Assembly: GCA_016177405.1 (NCBI GenBank)
Contig: JACOVG010000009.1
Span: 1-63,503, forward strand
Origin: Candidatus Omnitrophota bacterium
GTDB lineage: Bacteria > Omnitrophota > Gorgyraeia > 1-14-0-20-64-10
Length of the DNA: 63,503 bases
Direction: 5' to 3'
The notes beneath the pieces are model-generated. The model did not search any database and was not told where the DNA came from. It was given only the letters and a program-made list of their open reading frames with translations. The position numbers and the translations under genes are program-made. Position 1 is the first letter of the stretch; every line of letters begins with the position of its first letter. Below, in pieces: positions 23,047 through 33,369 of the stretch.

Positions 23047-24711
23047 ATGACTCGTCTCCCGGAAGGCAGAGAGGACAGCGTGTTGGACGCTACCCAGGAA
23101 GCGAAGGCGCCCGCAACCAAAATCGATCCCCATGAGTTGCCAGTGGCGGGCGCGGAAGCGAAACCTGAAGGGTATGACATGGTCAGAAGCCGCCGACCTA
23201 AAAAGGGGAATCCGCCGCAGGAACAATCCATCCTTGATATGGATAGCTCGGAGGCCAGAAAGTTTTTGCTCAAGCCGGAGAGCTACTGCAGTATCGACCT
23301 CCCTCCCTATCTGCGATTCGACCAAGTGCTGTCCAACGTATCGAAAGCAATCGGTAACAAGAAGCTTTTGGGAATGCAGAGGATTAGTCCCGGGAAATGT
23401 GAGGGGGTCAATTATCCGCTGCTGTCGAACAAAGACGGTCGGTATGCATGGCGACCGCTTCAGTTGATTCATCCTGCGCTCTATGTCTCGCTCGTGAATG
23501 ATGTCACTACGGAGTCCAACTGGGAAGGCATCCGAAAGCGTTTCTCAACCTTTCAGGCGCTCGACAAAATTCGGTGCCTAAGCATCCCCGTGCGATCTCG
23601 GACGGGTCGCAAGGACCAGGCTACACGAATTCGGCACTGGTGGCAGGGCATCGAACAGGGCTCGGTCGAGTTGGCACTCGATTACGCGTATGTTTTGCAC
23701 GCCGACATCACAGATTGTTATGCTGCAATCTACACGCATTCGATCGCGTGGGCTCTCCACGGGAAACCCTTGGCGAAGGAAAGAAGGCCCGAGGATGACT
23801 CATTGATCGGTAATGTGATCGACCGACACATCCAGAACATGCGGTACGGTCAGACCAACGGGATTCCTCAAGGATCTGTTTTGATGGATCTTATCGCAGA
23901 GATGGTTCTAGGATACGCGGACTTGGAGCTGAGTAGCCGGCTCAAGAAGGACGGGATCGGTGATTACCAGATTCTTCGCTATCGCGACGACTACCGCATC
24001 TTTGCCAATAATCCTCGGCTTGGCGAAGCCATATTGAAGGCCTTGACTGAGGTGTTAATCGGCCCTGGGCTTAAGCTCAATACCGCGAAGACCACAAGTC
24101 ACGAATCGGTGGTGAGCAGTTCCTTGAAGCCGGATAAGGTCGCGTGGTTAAGGAGCAAACAAGATAACCGGGATCTACAGAAATACTTGCTCTTGATTCA
24201 CGCTCATGGACTGGACTATCCGAATTCGGGCAGTTTGGTCGTCGCGTTAACTCACTTCTACGAATGCCTTAGCAAAGCCAAGACCATTAAGAATCCGCGG
24301 TCGCTGATAAGCATTGCAGTGGACATTGCCTACCGCAGTCCGCGAATATTTCCCGTCTGTGCGGCCATCACTAGTAAGGTTTTAAGCACGCTGGAAAGCG
24401 ATGCAGAGAAAGTCGATCTAATTAGGAGGATTCATAAAAAGCTATCGCAGATGCCCAATACTGGCCACATGGAGATATGGCTCCAGCGGATCAGCCATCC
24501 GTACGATAGGGGAATTGCCCTAGAGGAAAGCCTATGCCAACTCGTCAATGGTAAGGAGGATGTGCGGCTTTGGAATAATGAGTGGATATCCGCTAAACAA
24601 TTACTAGCCGCTCTCAATCCCAAGACTATCGTGGATATGCGGAAGCTGAAGTCACTAAAACCGGTTGTACCGCCTGCGGAGATTAAACTGTTTTCCTATG
24701 AGAGGTACTGA
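23047..24711 (+). CDS. reverse transcriptase, Abi/UG (defence-associated) type with helical C-terminal extension
   Basis: 554 aa. HADITDCYAAIYTHSIAWAL (motif A region), GIPQGSVLMDLIAEMVL (motif B), ILRYRDDYRIF (YxDD box at 23980-23991). No endonuclease or maturase signatures seen. Confidence 0.8.
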   Translation: MTRLPEGREDSVLDATQEAKAPATKIDPHELPVAGAEAKPEGYDMVRSRRPKKGNPPQEQSILDMDSSEARKFLLKPESYCSIDLPPYLRFDQVLSNVSKAIGNKKLLGMQRISPGKCEGVNYPLLSNKDGRYAWRPLQLIHPALYVSLVNDVTTESNWEGIRKRFSTFQALDKIRCLSIPVRSRTGRKDQATRIRHWWQGIEQGSVELALDYAYVLHADITDCYAAIYTHSIAWALHGKPLAKERRPEDDSLIGNVIDRHIQNMRYGQTNGIPQGSVLMDLIAEMVLGYADLELSSRLKKDGIGDYQILRYRDDYRIFANNPRLGEAILKALTEVLIGPGLKLNTAKTTSHESVVSSSLKPDKVAWLRSKQDNRDLQKYLLLIHAHGLDYPNSGSLVVALTHFYECLSKAKTIKNPRSLISIAVDIAYRSPRIFPVCAAITSKVLSTLESDAEKVDLIRRIHKKLSQMPNTGHMEIWLQRISHPYDRGIALEESLCQLVNGKEDVRLWNNEWISAKQLLAALNPKTIVDMRKLKSLKPVVPPAEIKLFSYERY

Positions 24712-24725
24712 TGAGGGTGAGGGGA

Positions 24726-24795
24726 GGAGGCGTTACTGTGGGTGCCAGGCAGGGATCGGCAGCATGGCGCTGATAATAACGCCTCCAGTTTTAGG
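24726..24795. repeat. B-type palindromic element B1
   Basis: GGAGGCGTTACTG ... ATAACGCCTCC followed by AGTTTTAGG. Same architecture as 34199-34269. Confidence 0.65.
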
Positions 24796-24835
24796 TCCAG
24801 TTTCGATGACGTCCACGAAATAGAACCGTCCCATA

Positions 24836-25494
24836 TTGCATATGAGCCTGTTCAAGTCAAGACAACGTGTAGCAGACCACGGGGAAGTGTTCACACCCCC
24901 GTGGATGGTCGAAGCGATGCTCGATCTCGTCAAAGGCGAGACCGAGCGAATTGACTCCCGCTTTTTGGAACCGGCGTGCGGGAGTGGGAATTTCCTTGTT
25001 CAGGTCCTGAAGCGCAAGCTCGCCGCAGTCGAGCTCAAGTTCGGGAAGTCCGACTTTGAAAAGCGGCACTACGCCCTTCTCGCTCTGATGTGCACTTACG
25101 GGATTGAGCTTTTGGCGGACAACATCGCCGAGTGCCGCGCGAATATGCTGGAGATCCTTGCCGAGTACCTGAATCTCGAAGAGTCGGGCGATCTGTATCG
25201 AGCGGCTTTCTATGTGCTGTCGCAGAACCTTGTCCACGGTGACGCCTTAACGATGCGCACCTGTGCTGGCCAGGCGATCACCTTCGCCGAATGGGGTTAC
25301 CTCGGTAAGGGGAAGTTCCAGCGACGTGATTTTCGCTTGGATGCCCTCACTCAAATGTCGGCCTTAAGTGAGCCGGGCACGCTCTTCGCGCATCTGGGCA
25401 AGCACGAGATTTTCACGCCGGATAAAAACTATCCGCCAATGACGGTGAGTGACCTTGCTAGCGCGGCAGTCAGTGATGTCCCGAGGGAATCCGT

Positions 25495-25498
<4 letters not shown>
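24836..25498 (+). CDS. methyltransferase-like protein A: intact SAM-binding motif I, no catalytic (D/N)PPY
   Basis: HGEVFTPPWMVEAMLDL and FLEPACGSGNFL (24968-24988). 220 aa with no NPPY/DPPY anywhere. GTGA overlap with the next ORF. Confidence 0.65.
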
Positions 25499-27085
<1,587 letters not shown>

Positions 27086-27102
<17 letters not shown>

Positions 27103-29635
27103 GCCTACAATCGAGGAAATCCTTGCGCCTAAGCCAACAGCTCGGCCGCGCATCTATTCTTATTCTATTGAAGATAAGGCGCACAAGGGTCTCCTGAAGA
27201 TAGGCCAGACGACGCGCGATGTGAAACGCCGCATCGCCGAACAGGTTAAGACCGCTGCAATCAAGAACTACAAGATCGAACTTGACGAATGTGCTGAGTG
27301 CCATGACGGCTCAATCTTTACCGATTATCAAGTGCGCGCGACTCTCATAAAAAAGGGTTTTGTGAAGAAGGAGTTGGAATGGATGCGGTGTGCGGTCGCT
27401 GATGTGCAGACCGTAGTTACCGAGCTTCGTACTGGCCAGCAGCTTACCGGAACGCATCACGAGACGTTCCCCATGCGAGCGGAACAAGCCGAGGCTGTGA
27501 ACAAGACGCACGCTTATTTTCATTCGATCTGGAAGGAGGATATGAACGCCGCTCCTCGCTTCCTCTGGAATGCGAAGATGCGCTTCGGCAAGACCTTTAC
27601 AACCTACCAGTTAGCCAAAAAGCTCGGCGCCAAGCGTGTGCTTGTGGTGACTTTCAAGCCCGCCGTGGAGGATGCGTGGCAGACCGATCTTGAGACCCAT
27701 ATGGATTTCGACGGCTGGCAATACCTCTCTCGCCACTCCGAGAGGGATCCCACCAAGATTGACCGCAAGAAGCCGGTGGTCTATTTCGGTTCTTTTCAGG
27801 ACCTCCTCGGCCGTGATAAGGCGGGGAACATCAAGCCTAAGAACGAATGGGTCCACAAGGTAAAGTGGGATCTTGTGGTCTTTGACGAATACCACTTCGG
27901 CGCATGGCGGGAGACTGCGAAAGAACTCTTCGAAGGGGAGGAAGAGGCGGTCGCCAAGAAGGAGACCGGGCTCGAATACGCAGCCAGCCTGGAAGAGGTG
28001 AACGAAGACCTGGGCGTGCTTTCGGAGAAGGAGGCAGAGTTCCTTCCCATTACGACCAGGGCGTATCTCTACCTGTCTGGTACGCCGTTCAAGGCGCTGG
28101 CTACGGGCGAGTTCATCGAGGAGCAAATCTTCAACTGGACGTATACCGACGAACAGCGCGCCAAGGAAGAGTTCGCCTCCAGGAACCCTGGCAAATGGAA
28201 CCCCTACGGCGCGCTACCGCAGATGCGACTGCTGACCTATCAAATGCCGGACGAGCTCCTAGCGATTGCGAATGCGGGGGAGTTCGATGAGTTCGACCTC
28301 AAGGAGTTCTTCGCGGCCTCCGGCAGAGGCAAGAACGCGCAGTTCAAGCACGAGGGCGATGTGCAAAAGTGGTTGGACATCATCAGAGGCTCGTACACAC
28401 AACAAGCGGTCGAGAGCCTCAAGACCGGAACACGACCGCCGTTTCCATACTCGGACGTCCGCCTACTGCCGTACCTTCAACACTCATTCTGGTTCTTGCC
28501 AGACGTTGCCGCTTGTCACGCGATGGCGAAACTACTGGCTGAAAAACACAACACCTTCTGGCACGACTATAAGGTTGTTGTAGCGGCCGGCGCATTAGCG
28601 GGCATCGGGGTCGATGCGCTGCCGCCCGTGCGTTCAGCTATTGGAAGCGGATTTGAGACAAAGACGATAACGCTTTCGTGCGGTAAGCTCACGACCGGTG
28701 TGACCGTACCTCAGTGGTCCTCGATCTTGATGCTTCGCAACCTAAAGTCGCCTGAAACTTATTTCCAGGCTGCATTCCGGGTGCAGTCACCGTGGTCCAT
28801 CAAGAATCCCAACGGCGACAACCCAAATGAAGATGAGATCCTTAAGCCCGTCTGCTTCGTATTCGACTTTGCGCCTACCCGTGCGTTGCGCCAGCTATCC
28901 GAATACGGGATTCGACTTTCACCCGGCGAGTCGAATCCTGAGAACGCCGTCAAGGATCTCGTGTCCTTCCTGCCGGTGCTTGCCTACGACGGTGCCAATA
29001 TGACGCAGATTGATGCAGGCGGCATTCTTGATATCGCGATGGCTGGCACCTCGGCTACCCTCCTAGCTCGAAAATGGGAATCCGCGCTGCTCGTGAATGT
29101 TGATAACGACACCCTGCGCCGCATCTTGGACAATCCCGAAGCAATGGCCGCAGTAGAGCGCATTGAAGGCTGGCGCGCGCTTGGCGACAACATCATCGAG
29201 ACGATCATCAACAAGAGCGATATGGTTAAGGAACTCAAGAAAAAAGCCAAGAACGGCGACCTGACAGCGAAGCAAAAGAAACAGCTCACTGAGGAGGAGA
29301 AGGAATACAAGTCCAGGCGCAAGCGTGTCCAGGAGAAGCTGATCAAGTTCGCCACGCGCATCCCCGCATTCATGTACCTGACCGACTTCCGCGAGAACAC
29401 GCTCGAGGATGTCATCACCAAGCTCGAACCGGACTTGTTTCTCGCCGTCACCGGCCTGACGGTGAAGGATTTTCACTTGCTCGTGCGTCTGAATGTGTTC
29501 AACACGGAACAAATGGACCAGGCTGTCTTCGCCTTCCGCCGTTACGAAGACGCTTCGCTCCGCTACACGGGGATCGACAGTCATGAAGGCTTGACCCACT
29601 ACGGTCTCTATACCACCGTGGTGGCGAGGGAGTAA
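27086..29635 (+). CDS. T5orf172 (GIY-YIG-like) domain fused to SF2 DEAD/DEAH-type helicase; candidate restriction/translocase subunit
   Basis: N-terminal IYSYSIEDKAHKGLLKIGQTTRDVKRRIAEQ. Walker A MRFGKT (27578-27595) and VVFDEYH (DEYH at 27884-27895). Start set at MATTNK (ATG 27086), overlapping MTase B by 17 nt. Confidence 0.7.
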
Positions 29636-29716
29636 GACTGCGGTGATCGCGCTTCGGGGGTAGCATCTGGAGCAAGCAGGCGGCCTCAAAGGATTGAGAG
29701 CGAGTCGTTGGAGCTC

Positions 29717-29787
29717 GTTGGAGTACCATTTCCGGGAGTGCCGGGTCTCTGAGGTGCGCGAAGGAACCTGGCACGTTTGGAAATGGT
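29717..29787. repeat. C-type / D-type repeat junction
   Basis: GTTGGAGTACCATTTCCGGGAGTGCCGGGT (29717-29746) matches 35953-35982 at 28/30. GCGAAGGAACCTGGCACGTTTGGAAATGGT (29758-29787) is repeated perfectly at 30466-30495. Confidence 0.7.
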
Positions 29788-29820
29788 TCCGGGCCGGGTA
29801 ACGCCCAACCGCTAGATCAT

Positions 29821-30390
29821 ATGGCTGTCCTTTCCGGCAAATTTGACGAGGCGTTGCAGTTTGCCTCCAAAGCGCATCGGCAGCAGACGCGCAAAGGAAC
29901 GACAACCCCTTACGTTACGCATTTGATGGCGGTATCGGCGATTGTCGGAGAAAATGGCGGTGATGAAGATCTAATGATCGCCGCTCTTCTTCACGACTCT
30001 ATGGAGGATCAGGGAGTAACCAGGGAGGAAATCGGCAGTCGGTTCGGATCGCGTGTGGCAAGCATGGTTGAGGCTTGCTCGGACTGCACCTCAAAACCGA
30101 AGCCCCCGTGGCGGCAAAGGAAAGAGATGTATCTTGCTCATCTTCGCGCAGCCGGACCGGACGTTCGTCTGATTTCATTGGCGGATAAGCTTCACAACGC
30201 CCGGACGCTGTTGGGCGACCTTCGCGACGTCGGTCCGGAAGTCTGGAAACGGTTCAATGCAGGCCCAGCAGAGACCCTTTGGTATTATCGTTCAGTAATT
30301 GAAGCTCTTCGGCTGGGGTGGAACCACCCGCTGATTCCAGAGTTGGAGCGGATTATCGACGAGATCGACAGTCTGATTAAGATTAAATGA
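29821..30390 (+). CDS. HD-domain RelA/SpoT-type (p)ppGpp hydrolase-like protein (small alarmone hydrolase-like)
   Basis: 189 aa. YVTHLMAVSAIV ... AALLHDSMEDQGVT ... ADKLHNARTL, the layout of SpoT-type HD hydrolase domains without a synthetase domain. Confidence 0.65.
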   Translation: MAVLSGKFDEALQFASKAHRQQTRKGTTTPYVTHLMAVSAIVGENGGDEDLMIAALLHDSMEDQGVTREEIGSRFGSRVASMVEACSDCTSKPKPPWRQRKEMYLAHLRAAGPDVRLISLADKLHNARTLLGDLRDVGPEVWKRFNAGPAETLWYYRSVIEALRLGWNHPLIPELERIIDEIDSLIKIK

Positions 30391-30394
30391 AGAG

Positions 30395-30462
30395 TAACGG
30401 TACCGGGTACGCGGGGGACAGGTAGCAGCGTAACGTGTCCCTCCGGAACCCGGTACGAATAG
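30395..30462. repeat. A-type palindromic element A1
   Basis: TAACGGTACCGGGTACGCGGGGGACAGGTAGCAGCGTAACGTGTCCCTCCGGAACCCGGTACGAATAG. Starts 5 nt after the HD gene stop. About 90 percent identical to A2 and A3. Confidence 0.75.
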
Positions 30463-30618
30463 CGTGCGAAGGAACCTGGCACGTTTGGAAATGGTACCAG
30501 TCCTACCTTGGGCGCGTCCCTGGCGCCCTCTGGCAAAGCGTCGGAAGGGGTAATACCCTTAAAAGAGGGTAAAAGAGGGGGTATTATCAACCTGCCGACC
30601 GACGCCGGATGTGAGGGG

Positions 30619-30624
30619 TATAAT
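30619..30624 (+). promoter_or_regulatory. TATAAT box 6 nt upstream of an ATG (possible leaderless transcript)
   Basis: GGTATAATGTTCGCATG. A similar arrangement, GTTATAATCTAGTTGAATG, occurs at 36126-36142. Confidence 0.25.
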
Positions 30625-30630
30625 GTTCGC

Positions 30631-30822
30631 ATGAAGCAGGCAACCTTCAACCGCCCTGCCGGGACCATCTTCCTGCTAATAGCCATACTGCACGTCCTGC
30701 GGATTCTCCTTGGTTGGGAGGCCGTCATCGCCGGCTGGAAGGTCCCCATAGGACTAAGCTGGCTGGCGTTCGCGTTAGCCGGTTTCCTCGCCTGCTCAGC
30801 CTTCAGCCGCAAGAATGGCTAG
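30631..30822 (+). CDS. small two-TM membrane protein (63 aa)
   Basis: MKQATFNRPAGTIFLLIAILHVLRILLGW...GLSWLAFALAGFLACSAF. Overlaps the next ORF by 8 nt. The ORF-track start 30508 lies in repeat-derived sequence. Confidence 0.45.
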   Translation: MKQATFNRPAGTIFLLIAILHVLRILLGWEAVIAGWKVPIGLSWLAFALAGFLACSAFSRKNG

Positions 30823-31720
30823 CACACAGAAGGCCTTCGTCGCAGTAACGGACTATGACTGGTACCGTTTCCTCGCCGACTTGCCTAACCTTGATGAGGT
30901 TAATTTCTGGCAGCCGGGCGGATCTACCAGGTTCCAGGCTCTCCAACCAGGAGAACCCTTCCTATTTAAGCTTCACAGCCCGAGGAATTTCATCGTCGGG
31001 GGCGGATTCTTCGTTCAGTGGTCGCGCCTGCCTCTCCAGCTTGCCTGGGAAGTTTTTGAGCAGAAGAATGGAGCGACCTCCCTGGCTGAAATGAGCGATC
31101 GGATCCGTAAATATCGCAAGGGGCAAGGGAACGGAGAGATCGGCTGCATCCTCTTGGGTTCACCGTTCTTCTTGCAGGAGCGAGAATGGATTCGGGTTCC
31201 CTCTGATTGGAAGCCCAACATCGTCACAGGCAAGGGCTACTCTCTTCTGGAAGGTGAAGGCAAGAAGCTTTGGGATGAAGCGAGAGCGCGAATTGCGATA
31301 CGCCTCATTGATACACTGCCTCGCTACGGGAAACCGACGACTATCCTTCCGAGGATCGGGCAGGGAATCTTCCGGGTAATCGTGACTGACGCTTATTCGC
31401 GAAAATGCGCTGTTACCGGCGAGCGTGTATTACCAGCGCTTGAAGCAGCTCACATCAAGCCATATGCAACTGGCGGCCCTCATTCGATCAACAACGGAAT
31501 TTTGCTTCGTTCGGACCTGCACCGCCTCTTCGATAAAGGTTATCTAACCGTTACTCCCGATTATCGTCTGGATGTCAGTAGGCGGATCCGGGAAGAGTTC
31601 CACAATGGACGGGAGTACTACGGTTTCAAAGGTCACGCGCTACTGCTTCCTCAAAAGACGGCCGAGCAGCCTAGTGCCGACTTCCTGAATTGGCACAATG
31701 AGGAAGTGTTTCTCTCGTGA
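30815..31720 (+). CDS. HNH endonuclease with N-terminal PUA/EVE-like domain (type IV restriction-like)
   Basis: GQGIFRVIVTDAYSRKCAVTG...LEAAHIKPY...NNGILLRSDLHRLFDKGYLTV (HNH_2-type signature). N-terminal FVAVTDYDWYRFL...PGEPFLFKL beta-barrel-like region. Confidence 0.65.
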   Translation: MASTQKAFVAVTDYDWYRFLADLPNLDEVNFWQPGGSTRFQALQPGEPFLFKLHSPRNFIVGGGFFVQWSRLPLQLAWEVFEQKNGATSLAEMSDRIRKYRKGQGNGEIGCILLGSPFFLQEREWIRVPSDWKPNIVTGKGYSLLEGEGKKLWDEARARIAIRLIDTLPRYGKPTTILPRIGQGIFRVIVTDAYSRKCAVTGERVLPALEAAHIKPYATGGPHSINNGILLRSDLHRLFDKGYLTVTPDYRLDVSRRIREEFHNGREYYGFKGHALLLPQKTAEQPSADFLNWHNEEVFLS

Positions 31721-31850
31721 CAAAGTCATCCCCGTAAGAATATGAACTGTCCCGGAATGAAGCGTCCCTTAACACGCCACTGCTCCCCAAAAACCGGGCC
31801 AGTTGCTATGAGAGTCTCCGGGTGATAGAAGCGATGGGAGGAGGGTTACG

Positions 31851-32366
31851 ATGAGCCGGCTCAAATTGAATGCCAACTCGATTTCTTTGGCAGGCGAGTT
31901 CGCGGTGCTTTCGCAGCTGGTCCTTCGAGGATACGACGCCAACATGACGCTGGGCCATACAAAGGGAGTCGATATTCTGGTTTCCAACCCCAAGACCAAG
32001 CGCATGTACCAGTTAGAGGTTAAAGCGGGCATCAAAAACATCCACCAAAAGCCCAGAACGTCCAAATTGTTCGGGAAATTTGTGGCTGGGTGGATCATGA
32101 GATCAAAACACGAGCGCATTCAAACTCCAACCCTGTTCTATTGCTTTGTCAGCATTCACAAGAAAACCAACGCTTTTCGTTTTTTCATCGTCCCGAGCCG
32201 CCTGGTTGCCAGGTACGTGAAAACGCAGCACCGTCGTTGGCTGAACGCCAGTCCGAAACATCACAATAGCGATATGCGACAGTTCCGTATCGGACTGCCA
32301 GGGGGGAAATATCCCATCCCGACTCCGACAACTAAGTATGAAGACAACTGGAATTTCATGCGCTGA
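31851..32366 (+). CDS. PD-(D/E)xK nuclease-fold protein (DUF4365/Hjc-like)
   Basis: AGEFAVLSQLVLRGYDANMTLGHTKGVDILV...YQLEVKA (D...ExK arrangement). GGAGGAGGG RBS upstream. Confidence 0.45.
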   Translation: MSRLKLNANSISLAGEFAVLSQLVLRGYDANMTLGHTKGVDILVSNPKTKRMYQLEVKAGIKNIHQKPRTSKLFGKFVAGWIMRSKHERIQTPTLFYCFVSIHKKTNAFRFFIVPSRLVARYVKTQHRRWLNASPKHHNSDMRQFRIGLPGGKYPIPTPTTKYEDNWNFMR

Positions 32367-32380
32367 GCTGAGCGTCAAAG

Positions 32381-33046
32381 ATGGATATGCTGGATAGCAT
32401 AAAAGAACGCGAGAAACTGCAGGATACATTGGAGCGTAGCAGCGAGCAGACCAAGACGACCAACGAGATGCTGGCCGCCACGCGGCTGATCTCGGAAAAG
32501 TTCTACTATCAGGCGGCCCTGCTCTCTGGCGGAACCATCGTACTTAGCGTGACGTTCTTGGGTTACTTGGAAACTTCCGGTCAACCTGTCCTTTGGTTGC
32601 CGCTTCTGATGCTTTCCTGGATGTCATTGCTGGCGGCATTCCTGGGTGCCTTGTACCGCAATCATCATTGGATGCGGCAGACGCATTTTCATGCGATGAG
32701 CGCTGCTCTCGAGCACAAGAAAGCGACAGCAGACCAAATGCTAAAGGTTGTGTCTGCGGACCCGGCAGCCTTCGTGAATCTTCGAACACCGGAAGAGCTC
32801 AAGGAATTTCGAGACAGGCAGGCGGACAAAATCGGGAAGATTGAGAAGAATGAACCTTGGTACTCCGCGCGAGCAAAGAGAGCCGAGTTGTTGACGCAAG
32901 TCTGCGAATGGGCCACACACCTGGGGCTGACTGTCGGGTTGATTCTTTTATTGGTGTTTGCAGGGATCAACGTTTGGCTGAACATAGGGTCAGGTCTTGC
33001 AATGATACATGCGCCTAACGGTACCGGGTACGCGGGGGACAGGTAA
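32381..33046 (+). CDS. membrane protein: coiled N-terminus, TM hairpin, long helix, C-terminal TM (SLATT-like topology)
   Basis: Hydrophobic stretches GGTIVLSVTFLGYL, LWLPLLMLSWMSLLAAFLGAL and GLTVGLILLLVFAGINVWL. Begins 14 nt after the previous stop. Last 10 codons run into repeat A2. Confidence 0.4.
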   Translation: MDMLDSIKEREKLQDTLERSSEQTKTTNEMLAATRLISEKFYYQAALLSGGTIVLSVTFLGYLETSGQPVLWLPLLMLSWMSLLAAFLGALYRNHHWMRQTHFHAMSAALEHKKATADQMLKVVSADPAAFVNLRTPEELKEFRDRQADKIGKIEKNEPWYSARAKRAELLTQVCEWATHLGLTVGLILLLVFAGINVWLNIGSGLAMIHAPNGTGYAGDR

Positions 33047-33083
33047 CGGCGTGCCGGGTCCCTCCGGAACCCGGTACGAATAG
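33016..33083. repeat. A-type palindromic element A2
   Basis: Preceded by GCC, giving GCCTAAC. TAACGGTACCGGGTACGCGGGGGACAGGTAACGGCGTGCCGGGTCCCTCCGGAACCCGGTACGAATAG. Confidence 0.75.
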
Positions 33084-33369
33084 ACCCAAGGTCTGGCGGC
33101 ATCCCCTTCTTAAAGAATTGCTTAAGATTCAGCCCCTTATAGACAATTTTGGCACGATCAATCTTCTCAGGCGTTAAGCCGTATTCCTTGGCTATCCCGA
33201 TATTCAATCGAGTAACCCAAGCGCGGCGGGATGGTTTCTTTTGGGCTTTCCATCAGGCTTTGCATCGTCTAGCATAATATAGCGTAGAAAGCCCACCACC
33301 GAAAACATCTTCCCCCAACCAGGAAGGCGGGGTTCTCAGATACATGGAATTTCGAGATATATTGGGCCA

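Noticed and set aside
22530-24711. Retron (msr/msd) or group II intron around the reverse transcriptase
   Set aside because: I could not find the long a1/a2 inverted repeats flanking a msr-msd unit, nor domain V/VI-like group II structures or a maturase/En domain. The leader is reported only as a generic ncRNA candidate.
24733-24954. ORFs 24733..24933 (-) and 24742..24954 (+)
   Set aside because: Both are carried by the B1 palindrome and the first codons of MTase A, with no RBS or motifs.
33084-33369. Minus-strand gene between repeat A2 and the TIR-like gene (ORF 32689..33207 and a 32-codon ATG ORF from about 33255)
   Set aside because: Only fragments read sensibly (…LNIGIAKEYGLTPEKIDRAKIVYKGLNLKQFF…), interrupted by a frame change and running into repeat A2. 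It is probably a decayed relic with no identifiable family.
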